A DNA stretch of 64,000 nucleotides from Octopus vulgaris (lineage: Eukaryota), in assembly GCA_951406725.2 (NCBI GenBank), contig OX597819.1, forward strand, positions 34,472,001-34,536,000. Direction: 5' to 3'. Both the position numbers and the translations under genes were made by a program. A model generated the notes under the pieces. That model was given only the letters and a program-made list of their open reading frames with translations. It was not told where the DNA came from and did not search any database. This document shows, piece by piece, positions 26,320 through 39,772 of this stretch. How positions within the stretch are numbered: the stretch's first letter is position 1; every line of letters starts with the position of its first letter.

Positions 26320-26525
26320 TACAGGTAGGGACAGTGGAGAAGTGGCAAAGAAGTGTCCAAGTTGATGTAATCTGGAGAAGAAAAACTGAGAAAAACATGG
26401 ACACTGAACTGGAAGATATAAAAAGAAGTGGCAAAGACTGAACTCAGGACGCTGAACCTCTTGAAGGGCTCAACAAAGCTCTGTAACATGTGAGAGATTC
26501 TGAACAGAAGACTTATTTAAACAGT
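26320..26525 (+). mobile_element. Possible RTE LINE ORF2 C-terminal remnant
   Basis: Frameshifted ..KLRKTW..EVAKTELRTLNL.. resembles RTE RGRPRKTW ends. Confidence 0.4.
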
Positions 26526-26816
26526 GTATGGAAAATAATGAACAGGTAATAGTGATGGTGGTTGTGGTGGGGATGGATCAGAAGAGCATCAGAAGAAATA
26601 CCTTGTGGTATTTCTTCCAACCGGCTACATTTTGAGCTCAAATTTTGCTGAGGTTAACTTTGCAATTCATGCCTTCAGAGTCAATAAAATGTACCAACTA
26701 AGTAATGGGACCGATGGTATTGACTAACTCTCTACCCCCAAAATTGCTGGTCTTGTACCAAAATTTGAAACCATTATTATCTCCAACATCAAAACCATGC
26801 ACAGTTTGTAGCGGCA

Positions 26817-27135
26817 CATCATCATTTAGTGTCCATTTTCCATGCTGGTTTAGATTAGGTGGCTTGACTTGCACCAAGCTCCAATCTGTTTTGGCTTGGT
26901 TTCTATGGCTAGGTGCCCTTCTTTATGCCAACCACTCCATAGAGTGTACTCAGTGCCATTTGTGTGTCATCAGTATGGGTGCTTCTTGTGTGTCACCAGC
27001 ACAGGTGCCTCTTGTGCATCACTGGCTCAAGTACCTTTGGCATGTCACCAGCATGGGTGCCTTTGACATGTCACCAGCATGGCTGCCTCTTGTGTACGAG
27101 TGGTACAGGTATCTCGCAAGGTGCCACTGGCACTG
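26817..27135 (-). mobile_element. Old B-related copy with ~22-bp monomer array
   Basis: Repeats of GTGTCACCAGCA(C/T)(A/G)GGTGCCTCTT. Confidence 0.7.
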
Positions 27136-27279
27136 ACCATTTCAGTTTTGTTCCTCAACATTCAGAGTTCAAATCTCATTAGACTTTACTTTTATTTTAG
27201 TCTTAATCCATCCCACCAGAGGTTTACTTTTTAATCCATTTCATTGGAGGTGCAATGAAATAAACATCAGGCATGATAC

Positions 27280-27447
27280 TCTATAAGGCTTAAGTGAGAC
27301 CCACAATAGAGTATTACTCTTACATCAGGGCTGGTACTGCTGTTACACATGATGACATCCTGGACTGCATCCAGAGAAGAGCCTCTCAAGTAATAGGCAC
27401 TAAATCACTAACAGACACACTCCAACCTCAAACTCACAGTCATGTTG

Positions 27448-27509
<62 letters not shown>

Positions 27510-27820
27510 GTCTTCTCTATCACTGCTTTAAATGTCTCTGTTTTTTGGTGCCGGTTGATCTCATACCATTTCTGTTCAGGTGCCTTCAACCCATTCATGT
27601 CTTCACTTCTCATCACCTTTGTATCATCCATCCTTGCCCTCCATTCCTGCACTAATCCCTATGCCCAGCACTTCATCTCCAAAACAGAAGTTCTGTGGAA
27701 TGTTCTCTTTGCAAACAGTTTAAACAAAACATGAACGTCATCAAGCTCGCTGGTCTCAGAGGGCCTGTAAAAACTATGGGTACTGCCCCTTCCTCCATAT
27801 TCAACAAGTACAAAAAAGTT
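27280..27820 (+). mobile_element. CR1-group (Zenon-like) LINE 3' remnant
   Basis: VRPTIEYYSYI.AG..LDCIQRRA..I..LQP..FISKTEVLWNVL. Confidence 0.7.
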
Positions 27821-29636
27821 TAGTAAATATTATGCTCAATACTACAGATTTGCTTGTCAGTTATTTGACCGTAACTACTTGAGCATGTCCCTTAGTGGCT
27901 GACACTATGTGCATCTCTGTTGATGAGCAAGAGTAGTGGGATATCGTTATAGCCATGAGTTGAGAGGAATTCTCTGGGTTTTGTATAAATGCAAGAAAAG
28001 CAAAGTCTGAAGGAAATATTAGCTATTTTACATGCTTTCCAGGGGTAAGCAAATAGAAAATAATCAGTTGCTACCCAAGGACAAAATCATGTTATACAGT
28101 GTTACTATCACTAACATCAATATCGGTAATTGGGACTATAAACAGCTCTGAAGTTAACTATGTCATATGGTGAGAGCCAATTCAATCAAATATACCACAC
28201 TCTGCCATTCTTACAGATTGATAGTGTGAGGTGTTATGACCTAGTACTTGCATCAATTCCACCAGTGCCAACATTAAAATAAAAACCTTTTGAATACTCT
28301 CTCTCTCTCTTTCTCTTTGTCTCTCTCCCTCACCTCAAAACATTGATCTTATTGGTTTTCTTAATGAAGAGTTTTTTCTTGTTTTTTTTTTTGTTGTTGT
28401 TTCTTTTAACGTAAAATGCTGATGGTTGGTGAGATGGTGTGGAACAACAGTTGTGCATAACTGCAAAATTATTCATTAAACAAGTAAAATTAGATTGAAG
28501 TATTCTTCACTAAAATTTCAATCAAGAAATTACAGAGAAAAATAATAACAATAACAATAACTTTAAAGAATAGGTGAGGAAAAATTGATTTCAATTTTTA
28601 TTTTTATTCTTTTTATATGTATTATTTTATTATTTTTTCATTTTATTTTCACCTAATTTTAACTATGGCTTAATTTGTTTTCTCCTCATTCTATAGACTG
28701 CTTTTCAGTTCTGTTCTCTATTCCGGACCAAGATAAAATGGTTTACAAATTCAGAAGAAACCCCCAAAAGGTTTTTTGTTGATGCTGGTTGTTGTTTTTT
28801 TGTTTTTGTCTTTTTCTTTTTCTTTTGCTTTTAATTTATTATTTTCACAAAAGAATGAAGAGAAAGAAAAAATTATTTTAGCTTCTTTAAGTGTATTCAA
28901 AATATTGTCTTTGAAATTAAAATGTACATTATAAAGTATTCTCTACATCAGAATAAAGATTTATGCTAATCCACTAGGGCCAATTTAAACCATTCTTATT
29001 GTTGATGTTGTTGTTGTTGTTATTGCTCTCCTTCTCACTCTTTTAGCTTATTATTTTAAATTTTCCCTCCTGCAACTCTTGAAGAGAAAAGGAATGAAGT
29101 GCTGTAGAGAATACCGAATGAGTGTCACATTTTGTAGGTTCATGAAAAATTCATCATTTCAAAAGTCATTTACACTTCACAGTTTTTGAGGAATTTTTTT
29201 TTTTTTACTATTTTGCTTATTTAATTTATTGCTTATTTCCTATTTACAAAAAAAATCTACATACATAGAATGCGAATCTAAAGACACAATTATTTAATCT
29301 TTTTTATTTTTCTCCCAAATGTTGGAAGGAGAAAGAAATGAAGTAAGCATGATCACTTGGACATGAAATGCTAACCAGTATGAAAAGATAAACTCAATTG
29401 TGTGTGTTTATATATCATCATCATCATTTAACATCTGCTTTCCATGCTGGCATGGGTTGGACAGTCTGACATGGAGCTGGCCAGCAGGGAGCTGTCCAAA
29501 CTCCAAATGTCTGTTGTGGCATGGTTTCTACTGCTGGATGCCCTTCCTAATGCCATCAGCATATATATATGGGGGGGGTATGTACGTGTGTGTGTGTGTA
29601 TCATACGCAATGTTATTTAATATATACATACTGTAG

Positions 29637-29870
29637 GGCGGCGAGCTGGCAGAATCATTAGCACACCAGGTGAAATGCATAACAATATTTCATCTGAAAT
29701 TACGTTCTGAGTTCAAATTCCGCCAGGGTTGACTTTGCCTTTCATCCTTTCAGGGTCAATTAAATAAGTACCAGTCAAGCACTGGGATCAATGTAATCAA
29801 CTTAGTCCCTTTCTGTCCTTGTTTGTCCTCTCTATGTTTAGCCTCCTGTGGGCAATAAAGAAATAAATAT
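29637..29870 (+). mobile_element. SINE family D
   Basis: GGCGGCGAGCTGGCAGAATC head, GAGTTCAAATTCC B-box, GACTTTGCCTTTCATCC core; about 10 copies in the window. Confidence 0.9.
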
Positions 29871-29877
29871 AAACATA

Positions 29878-30292
29878 GGCGCAGGAGTGGCTGTGTGGTA
29901 AGTAGCTTGTTTACCAACCACATGGTTCCGGGTTCAGTCCCACTGCGTGGCACCTTGGGTAAGTGTCTTCTACTATAGCCTCGGGCCGACCAAAGCCTTG
30001 TGAGTGGATTTGGTAGACGGAAACTGAAAGAAGCCCGTTGTATATATGTATATATATATATATATATATGCGTGTGTGTGTTTGTGTGTCTGTGTTTGTC
30101 CCCCTAGCATTGCTTGACAACCAATGCTGGTGTGTTTATGTCTCCGTTACTTAGCGGTTCGGCAAAAGAGTCCGATAGAATAAGTACTGGGCTTACAAAA
30201 GAATAAGTCCCGGGGTCGAGTTGCTCGACTAAAGGCGGTGCTCCAGCATGGCCACAGTCAAATGACTGAAACAAGTAAAAGAGTAAAAGAGT
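29878..30292 (+). mobile_element. Full-length SINE family A
   Basis: As 9744-10157. Confidence 0.92.
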
Positions 30293-30935
30293 ATACTGTT
30301 AATAGACAAATTTCTGAAGTATTTGTTCTAAGATTATGTCACTTATTGGTGTGGTGTCACTACACAATATCAGAGGGAGACAAAATATTGTCCCTGCAGC
30401 AGCAGTGAGAACACCAGTTACATTTCAGTCTTAGGGTGATTGCTTTTACTCTCTCTGTTTCTCATGATTACGTATTGTTTTCCATACAGTATGTCCATAA
30501 AACATATTTTCTAAGGAGAAATACTGTTATGACTGATCAATCAATATTCAAGGGTAGGCTGACAACGAAAGAGCGATGCTAGAGTTGTGATACTTTGCAT
30601 GCATTAAAAGCAACGAAAATATTTCGGCAAATTAAATTTAAATGTTGAAGTGAATCTAATGGTTTTTGTGTTTTTTTTAAATGGCTTATAAACATCTTCC
30701 ACACTGCAAAAAAAAATTATCATCCTGAAATATAACAATATCTGTTTCAACACACGATTTCATATCAGGAATCTTGCAAAAAAAATTTGTAAATGTATGT
30801 TTACACTTCAGGAGATGGTGGCATAGCTGGAAGTTGATAGCAAATAGCGAAGGGAGATAACCCCATTGTTACCTTTGAGTAGTGAGACATCTCCCCCCTC
30901 CATATTTTTAAGAGGTCATATGCCAACAGGTTTTT

Positions 30936-30999
30936 TGGGATCTGATGATATGCCATAAAGCTAAACCCTTTATGGATGGAAAACCTTAAGGTAATCCTA
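30936..30999 (+). ncRNA. Type I hammerhead ribozyme motif
   Basis: Stem I UGGGAU/AUCCUA; CUGAUGA; stem II CCAUAAAG/CUUUAUGG; GAAA; palindromic stem III ACCUUAAGGU; GUA triplet; one extra A; followed by (TA)n. Confidence 0.8.
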
Positions 31000-31034
31000 T
31001 AAACCAGCCTTCCCATTTTTAATTTATATATATA

Positions 31035-31077
<43 letters not shown>

Positions 31078-31123
31078 ATTTATATATATAATTTACAGAT
31101 ATATATATATATATATATATTAT

Positions 31124-31297
31124 AGGTGCAGGAGTGGCTGTGTAGTAAGTAGCATGCTTACCAACCACATGGTTCCGGGTTCAGTCCCACTGCGTGGCAT
31201 CTTGGGCAAGTGTCTTCTACTATAGCCTCGGGCCAACCAAAGCCTTGTGAGTGGATTTGATTGACAGAAACTCAAAGAAGCCCGTCATAAATATATG

Positions 31298-31345
<48 letters not shown>

Positions 31346-31545
31346 TGTGTCTGTGTTTGTCCCCCTAGCATAGCTTGACAACCGATGCTGGTGTGTTTAC
31401 ATCCCCGTCACTTAGCAAATTGGCAAAAGGGACCAATAGAATAAGTACTGGGCTTACAAAGAATAAATCCCGGGGACGATTTGCTTGACTGAAGGCGGTG
31501 CTCCAGCATGGTCGCAGTAAAATGACTGAAACAAGTAAAAGAGTA
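31124..31545 (+). mobile_element. Full-length SINE family A
   Basis: As 9744-10157. Confidence 0.92.
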
Positions 31546-31828
31546 TAATAAAACAAGCTTCTTTCAGCTTCAGTCTACCAAAGTCACTAACATTGGCCCG
31601 AGGCTGCAGAAAAGGACACTAACCCAAGGCACCATGCTGTGAGATTGAACCCAAAACTACATTGTTGGGAAGCAAGCTTCTTAATCACATAGTAATGTCA
31701 GGGGATGAAATACCTTTGATGATAGGTCTTCTTGATCAAGGCTAACATGGGTCTACACAACTACACAAGAACTAATCAACTCTAATTTAAAGACAGTGAA
31801 ATTTTACCCCTAAATGATATTGAAATAA

Positions 31829-32077
31829 CCACGTAAAAGTACCATCCGTTCGTGGCCGTTTGCCAGCTCCATCTGGTACCTGTGCGGGTGGCACGTAAAA
31901 AGCACCCACTACACTCACGGAGTGGTTGGCGTTAGGAAGGGCATCCAGCCGTAGAAACATTGCCAGATCTGACTGGGCCTGATGCAGCCTTCCGGCTTCA
32001 CAGACCCCAGTTGAACCGTCCAACCTATGCTAGCATGGAAAACGGACGCTAAATGATGATGATGATGATGATGATGA
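31829..32077 (+). mobile_element. Family B copy
   Basis: One monomer, 3' domain, (GAT)n. Confidence 0.9.
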
Positions 32078-33676
32078 TTTATTTAGGACTTCATCAAGAA
32101 TTCCAGCTCATGAAGTATATATAACAAAACATATCTCAAATCAATAACTGATAAAAATCACCTGAACTGGAAGTGACAAGTGGTTATCGTCAGCAAGAAT
32201 CAATTCATTATAAAGCTTCAAGGGATGTATATGTAAGTGTGTGTGTGTGTGTATGAGTGTATGTGAGTATATGAGTGTATGTGTGGGGGGGGGGGGGAGG
32301 GGTGATGGTATCGCATGAGAAGGAAAAATACATAATGTTTCAGAGAAGAAGTCTACGACAGAGAATAATATTTGAGAAATATCAATAAAAGATGTTATCG
32401 TCAATGTCAATAAAGCATGAGATTTTAATTACCTTAAGCTCCCCTTCCCTCCACCCTCTTTGCACACACACATACACACACATCACAGTTTGTGAACAGT
32501 TGTGTTGTTAGTGACAGGCTTCCCAATATTTCTTGGCATTTCTAAGGGTGAAAATGACAAGGGAGTGACTGGTAACTTGGGCAGAAAAAATGCTACAAGG
32601 GACTTGTTTAAAAGCACTGCTTTGTCAGTTTTCTTGAACCATTGTTTACATCTTTAACAACAGGTATACACATAGGTGCAGACTTGGCTGTATGGTAAGA
32701 AGTTTGCTTCTCAACCACATGGATCTGGGTTCAGTCCCTGCTATAGCCTCTGGTCTACCAAAGCCTTGTAATTGAATTTGGTAGGCAGAAGTTACCGCCA
32801 TGTGTATACATGTGTAAGTGCTTGTGCCTCCTAATGCACACACACACACACACACACACACGCACGCACACACACACACGCGCACGCACACACACACGTG
32901 CGCACACACACACACATATATATATACATATATATATATGACAGGCTTCTTTCAGTTTCTGCGTACCAAGTCAACTCACAAGGTTTTGGGCGGCCTAAGG
33001 CTATAGTGGAAGACACTTGCCCAAGGTGCTACATGGTGGGACTGAACCTGGAACCATTTGATTAGGAAGCAAGCTTCTTACCACACAGCCATGCTGTGAC
33101 TACATGTGTGTGTGAGTGTGTGTGCGGACATGCACACTCACACACACACACACACACACACATGCATGCACACACACCATGGCCTACATCAGTTCTGATA
33201 GAACAGTCATTCCGACTAAGGAGATTCCATCTTTTCTTTAGACATAGTATATCTAGGATTACAAAGATATATGAATGGAATGCCTCCAGTTAAAATGCCT
33301 TTGATCATAAGACTGCTGTATCAAAGCTGACCGAAGATCAAACAGCAACAACAACAGACAGGTACATACAACAAATGCAGGAGTTATCTCTCGGTTAATA
33401 TAACATGATTTGTGTTAGTGTAATGTCAAAAATAGATAAAAGCAGGCTTAATATGAAATTCATCACATGGGATCAGAACAAGAAATGGTTCTTATACATG
33501 ATAGTTGCAGTCACAACAGAAATTCCATAGAGATAGCTCCATAGTAAACTGGGCTTTTTGCCAAAATTCAAAATTTCTTTTGAATTTTGGTAAAACTTTT
33601 AGATATCATTTTAGACATCATTGTCTTGCAAAATGATTTTACATATAAAATTTATGTATGAAGGGCAATGGGATGA

Positions 33677-33780
33677 CAGAATTGGTAGTGTTCAGGTGGT
33701 GAAATAGCAGAATTGGTAGAGTGTTATGATGGTGGAATAACAGAATTGGTAGAGGATTAGGGTAATGGAATAGCAGAATA
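33677..33780 (+). repeat. ~31-bp tandem repeat resembling a SINE A-box head
   Basis: CAGAATTGGTAG(A)G..GGTG(G)AATAG three times, followed by a decayed D body. Confidence 0.7.
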
Positions 33781-33990
33781 AAAAGTTGGATAAAAGGTTT
33801 TGTTGGATTTGATCATGATTCTTTAAGTTGAAATACCAGCCTGGTCAACTTTGTTTTTAATCCTTCCAAACTTCTGATCACCTCAACATTAAGTAATTGG
33901 TTTTTTACTATAATAGGATGTAGGATTAATAAGTAGTAAGAGTCATGTAGTTGTGTATGAATTCACATATCTTAAAAAAGATATACATAT

Positions 33991-34049
<59 letters not shown>

Positions 34050-34185
34050 CACATACGCACACGTGTGTGTGAAGTCACATACCTTCCTTAAGATTTATAA
34101 ATATGTACCTATACAAAAGTGTGTATTTATGTACTGTATTCAGATACTTTGAAATATCTTCCTATTATTGGCTAAATGTGTGTTG

Positions 34186-34228
<43 letters not shown>

Positions 34229-34718
34229 TGCGTGTGTGTGTGTGTGTGTGTGTATACATGCATACATATATGTTTATGTATGTATGCGAGAGAGAGGGAG
34301 AGAGAGATAGAGAAAAAGTGAGAAAGATGGTGGGACAGATAACATGTATGTATTGATGTGTGTGTATATAGTACAAGTAATATGTCTATGTGTAAAGTAT
34401 TCCAGTAATAATGTTTATGCAGCTACGGCTACCAATTTCCATATATTTTTCTCTAAAAACACTTTCATTACAAAAACATAACTCAGTGAAAATATCCTGG
34501 AGCTTTAATACCTGTTTTTAAACATCAACAGAAACCAGTAAATTCCAACAGATGGAAAAATTCTCTTCAATTTCAAAAACTCATTTAATTTCGCTCTAGT
34601 ATATTTTTGTAGTTTGAAAATTTCAGAAATATATATATATATCTAATAATTAGCAGGAACATGCACATATCTATATACACACACATTCTGAAATGTGTGT
34701 GTGAGTGTCTTTCTCATT

Positions 34719-34822
<104 letters not shown>

Positions 34823-34853
34823 AACATATATATATATATATATATACATAAAC

Positions 34854-34884
<31 letters not shown>

Positions 34885-35558
34885 CGTATATACGTATATA
34901 CATACATATGTATATACGTATATACATATATATATATATAAACTTGGGTGCACATATCATCTCTTTTCACATACAGTAGACTATATAAAACACTCACATA
35001 TAATCACTATCATCATTTAATATCCATTTTCCATGCTGACATTGGTTGGACGGTTTGACAACACAGAGAATTGTATTGAACTCCAAAGTCTGCCTAGATG
35101 CCCTCCATAATGCTAACTACTTCATCGAGTCTATTGGGTGCTTTTTTGCAACTAAGAAAAAATTTTTAAGCCCTTTCATAGCAGATGGGTAGGTGGCATA
35201 GAAGAAGGGCAGGTGGCATAGAAAAGATACATGGCTACTCAGGTATTAAATAAGAGTGGGTGACAGTAGCTGAAAAGAAGGTAGATTGGTGTTGAGGCGC
35301 CAGAGCATGCTATCAAGGTAATAGAAAGTAAGTATAAGAGAGATTACAGATCAGATTAAAGATCAGGAAGGGTGGGGAGATAAGTTCATAAGAGTGTGTG
35401 AGGAGAGTGACAGATGTTTCGAGATGAGGGTAGATGTGAATGCAGTGAATGATATACAAGGGTAGAGATGTGATCAGTTGTAAGCATCAGTGTAGAGGGA
35501 GGTATAAGAAATAACCTAAGAAGGGTGGAGAGCAGTAATATAATAAACCTGTAGATAT

Positions 35559-36219
35559 ATTGATTTCAAATTTTGGCACAAAGTCAGCAATGTTAGTGGA
35601 AAGGGGGATGCGGTGAGCTGGCAGAAATGTTAGCATGCTGGGTGAAATGCTTAGCATCTGTCTTTACGTTTGAGTTCAAATTCCACCGAGGTCGATTTTG
35701 CCTTTCATCCTTTCAAGGTTGATAAATTAAGTACCAGTTGCATACTGGGGTCGATCTAATTGACTGGCCCCCTCCCACAAAATATTTTGGCCTTGTGCCT
35801 AGAGTAGAAAAGAATGTCATGGGAAAGGGGTTAAGTTGACCCCAAAATTCAACTAGTACAAATTTTATTGTTCCCAAAAAGATGAAAGGCCAAGTCAACC
35901 TTGGCAGAATTTTAACTCAAGATTTTAAAATAGACAAAATGTTGCTAAGCATTTTGCCCAGTGTGCTAACGGTTCTGCCAACTCACTGTCTTAACCTGTA
36001 GATATATTTATTTCTTTATTGCCCACAGGGGAGCAAAACATAGAGGGGACAAACAAAAGGATTAAGTCGATTGTATCAACCCCAGTGTGTAACTGGTACT
36101 TATTTAATCGACCCCGAAAGGATGAAAGGCAAAGTTGACCTTGGCGGAATTTGAACTTAGAATGTAACAGCAGACAAAATACCGTCAGCATGCTAATGAT
36201 TCTGCCAGCTCACTGCCTT
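35559..36219. mobile_element. Nest of three family D SINEs
   Basis: D(-) 35560-35990 interrupted by D(+) 35609-35815, then D(-) 36006-36219; AACCTGTAGATAT at 35546, 35993 and 36220. Confidence 0.85.
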
Positions 36220-36448
36220 AAACCTGTAGATATTTTGATCAGAAAATGAGATGAGCCATGTAAGAGTAAAGAGAGAAAGAGAGAGACCTGTACAGTTGAT
36301 ATGAAAAAAATAAAGTTGAAATATAGTAATCATACACTGTAGTTTAAACATGATAAATTTATGGTCTCATATTTTACTCTAACATTCTGTCACAGCATTG
36401 TATTAACATACACAGAATCAAGCATTTCCCCATACAAAATTACTTTAA

Positions 36449-36665
36449 GCCTATAGCATTCAGATTACTCTGTCAAATGTAATGCTTATTTATTCACATT
36501 GTTTTGAAAATAACATAATTTATCTTGTAGCTTTGCGTTTTCAATGATATGATTGTTTATTTTTAGAATGACATTGTAGGTAGGTGTGAGAGGCCTGATC
36601 TGGCAAGTTTGAACATAAAATGGGTGGAATATTTGGGTTTTATAATGGCCAGTTTGAATGCTAAA
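36449..36665 (-). mobile_element. piggyBac-type MITE copy
   Basis: Reverse of 46915-47124. Confidence 0.75.
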
Positions 36666-36985
36666 TATTTTTCAGTAAATATATGATGGAACAGTAAATT
36701 TTGTTTTTCCCACAAAACATACTTGTAAAATAGGGATGAGTCTAATGTGAATGTGCATTTCAGACACCGGCAAATACTGTACTTACTTGACCATGAAGAT
36801 TACACCAATTTATTCAAGTGAGCATGGTACAAATTTTCAAAAGCCAGGTGATCTGAAGATCATAGAACTGAGTTTGTTCAAATATATAATAAATTCTTTG
36901 TGATAGATTATTTTTCTGGAAATGATTAAATATAAATATTTGTTGTGCAAGATTTTTTATGTGTAGTCGTGTATTGAAACAGATA

Positions 36986-37324
36986 TTGTTGTATTTAGGA
37001 ATGGTCATTTTGCCAGTTTAGCCAATAAAAACACACGCACTATATATTTGGTGTTACTTTGCTTCAGTGTTATTTATTTTTTACATTAATCTTAATCTTA
37101 TTTCGGCCAGAGTTCTTTCGGTTAGTAAGGAGAGACACAAATAAGTAAGAAGAAAACAAAGGACCACTGATGTGGTCACAGGAGTGTGACGAAAGAACTT
37201 TGGCCGAAATAAGATTAAGATTAATGTAAAAAATAAATAACACTGAAGCAAAGTAACACCAAATATATAGTGCGTGTGTTTTTATTGGCTAAACTGGCAA
37301 AATGACCATTCCTAAATACAACAA
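36986..37324 (+). mobile_element. Penelope-like fold-back insertion with 135-bp near-perfect inverted arms
   Basis: 36986-37120 is the reverse complement of 37190-37324; hammerhead-like motif at the junction. Confidence 0.8.
37161..37205 (+). ncRNA. Hammerhead-like motif with CUGAUGUG core
   Basis: Stem I CCA/UGG; stem II GUCAC/GUGAC; GAA; minimal stem III AGAACU; triplet CUU (CUC in the mirror arm). Confidence 0.55.
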
Positions 37325-38350
37325 GATTAAATATAAGCCAACTGTCAACAGGTAATACGTTTAAATGTATTATGACTGTTCATGTCAGATTTCACATAAA
37401 ACATAATGGTTAGCAATGTTCTTGGCACTAATTTTCCAACATACCCCAACCCTCATCACACACAAAACAAAACTACCAGGAAACATTGAAATGCTTCTAT
37501 TAAATCCATTCTTCCAATTACCACATTGTTTACAATAACCCAAACACACAAAGACTAGATACCATTTAGATACAAAGAACACAGAATATCTGTTGTTCTA
37601 TAGCCAAAAATCCTTATTATAGAATCCTCTAGCCTTGGAACATCAATGAATTGGGTTTCGGGAATATGTATAGATACAATAAAACTACACTAACAAAGAA
37701 ACTAGGATGGTCATACAAAAAGACAAAAAGACAAAAAAAAAATTTAGTACTGCAAAATGGAACGGTCATATTTTTAATGCAATAAACTTGAACAAAAAGA
37801 TGTTCCCATTTTAAAGTATAGAAGAATGTGTGTAGAGAAGGGGAGTTAGAGGGGACATACTTCAGCCAATTAACTTGGAACTAATGAATAAGTAGAACCA
37901 ATTCAATCCCCAATTTTAATTATACTTCACTTTATTGATCCATCTGGGAATTAAGATGTGAAAGATGTACATAAATTTCTGAATCATTATTTTACGCTCC
38001 ATTTCTACTATATACCATCACCTCCCACCATAAAACAATGATCTGCTACCACTATCACCACCTCAGACAGAAGCTCTTTGTAGATATACTAATATTGAAA
38101 TGCACTATAAAACAGTTTTTCCCCCACAATATTTTACAAACAAATTTTTTTTTTTAAATCAACATATTTACTGATATATTCTATAAATTAAGAACTAGTA
38201 TGTCATTTTTGACTTCTGTGACTAAAAATATATAAATCATATACAGAGAGAGAGAGAGAGAGAGATTAGCAATATTTCAGTCTCTGTATGTGAACTGGCT
38301 AACGGAAGAACTAACCAATTCATCAGAACTTCTAACATATATTGCTTTAA

Positions 38351-38535
38351 CCTGTTAGCATTTAAACCAGCCATATCTGACCCAAATATTCTGTCTGTTC
38401 TATGTTCAAACTAGCTAGATCCAGCCTCTCACACATACCCTACAATATCTTTCTAAGATAAATAATCATGTCAAAATCTTGAAGCTATGAATAATTCAAA
38501 ACAATGTGAATAAATAAGGATTATATTTGACAATT
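38351..38535 (+). mobile_element. piggyBac-type MITE copy
   Basis: TTAA-CCTGTTAGCATTTAAACCAGCC start. Confidence 0.75.
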
Positions 38536-39098
38536 GACCTTGGGCTTCTTTCAGTTTCCATCTGCCAAATCCACTCAGAAGGCTTTGGTCAGCCCAAGGC
38601 TATTTTAGAAGACATTTGCCCAAGGTGCCACATAGTGGAACTGAACCTGGAACCATGTGGTTGGTAAGCAAGCTATTTACCACACAGCCACTCTCTTTTT
38701 TCTGTTACTTGTTTCAGTCATTAGACTGCAGCCATGCTGGGGCACTGCCTTGAAGAATTTTTTTAGTTGAATGAATCAACCCCAGTATTTTGTCTTTTAA
38801 AGCTTGGTACTTATTCTATCAGTCTCTTTAGCTGAACCACTAGATTAACACACCAGTGCCAGTCATCAAGCAGTGGGGGAGGGGGCAAAAAAAAACACAC
38901 ACACACACTCACATATATATATCTATATAATATATATATATATATACATACACAATAGGCTTCTTTCAGTTTCTGTCTATTAAATCCCCTCACAAGGCTT
39001 TGGTTAGCTGAAGGATACAGAAGATATTTGTGCAAAGTACCACACAGTGGGACTGAACCTAGAACAATGTGGTTGCCTAGCAAGCTTCTAACCACAAA

Positions 39099-39306
39099 GC
39101 TCCATGCAACTTAAAGTTTTGCAGGCCTCTAACAGAAGTCTGTCTCTTTCAGGCTTTAGATTACTGGTTCTGTAATCTAAAATCCAAAAGAGACAGAGGC
39201 CTACAAAACTTTAAGTCATGTGGAGCAAAATCAAACTTTTAAATACTACATGTAACTCCTACTAAATGTATTTGAGTGTCCTTTTCTTCCATTTGCCCAT
39301 TCACTT

Positions 39307-39310
<4 letters not shown>
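39099..39310 (+). mobile_element. Fold-back insertion (128-bp palindrome plus tail) ending in (TA)n
   Basis: Imperfect palindrome 39099-39226; tail has GTATTTGAGTG motif like 5161-5302. Confidence 0.6.
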
Positions 39311-39355
<45 letters not shown>

Positions 39356-39390
39356 CGTATGTATATGTGTATATATATATATATACATAC

Positions 39391-39421
<31 letters not shown>

Positions 39422-39428
39422 TATATAT

Positions 39429-39473
<45 letters not shown>

Positions 39474-39480
39474 TATATAT

Positions 39481-39525
<45 letters not shown>

Positions 39526-39580
39526 TATACACACACACATATATATACATACATACATATATATATATATACATACACAC

Positions 39581-39660
<80 letters not shown>
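39310..39660. repeat. (TA)/(CA) compound microsatellite
   Basis: Direct read. Confidence 0.99.
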
Positions 39661-39664
<4 letters not shown>

Positions 39665-39772
39665 CAAAATAAGAAAATGGAGAAGCACATCTTAATCAAT
39701 GATCAACTACCAGATAATACCCAATCACATAATTTATTAAACCACTATCTCAATTTGTATATATATATATAT

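Noticed and set aside
28697-28770. Candidate plus-strand exon after a good polypyrimidine-AG
   Set aside because: Weak donor, unrecognised peptide and no partner exons; needs RNA-seq
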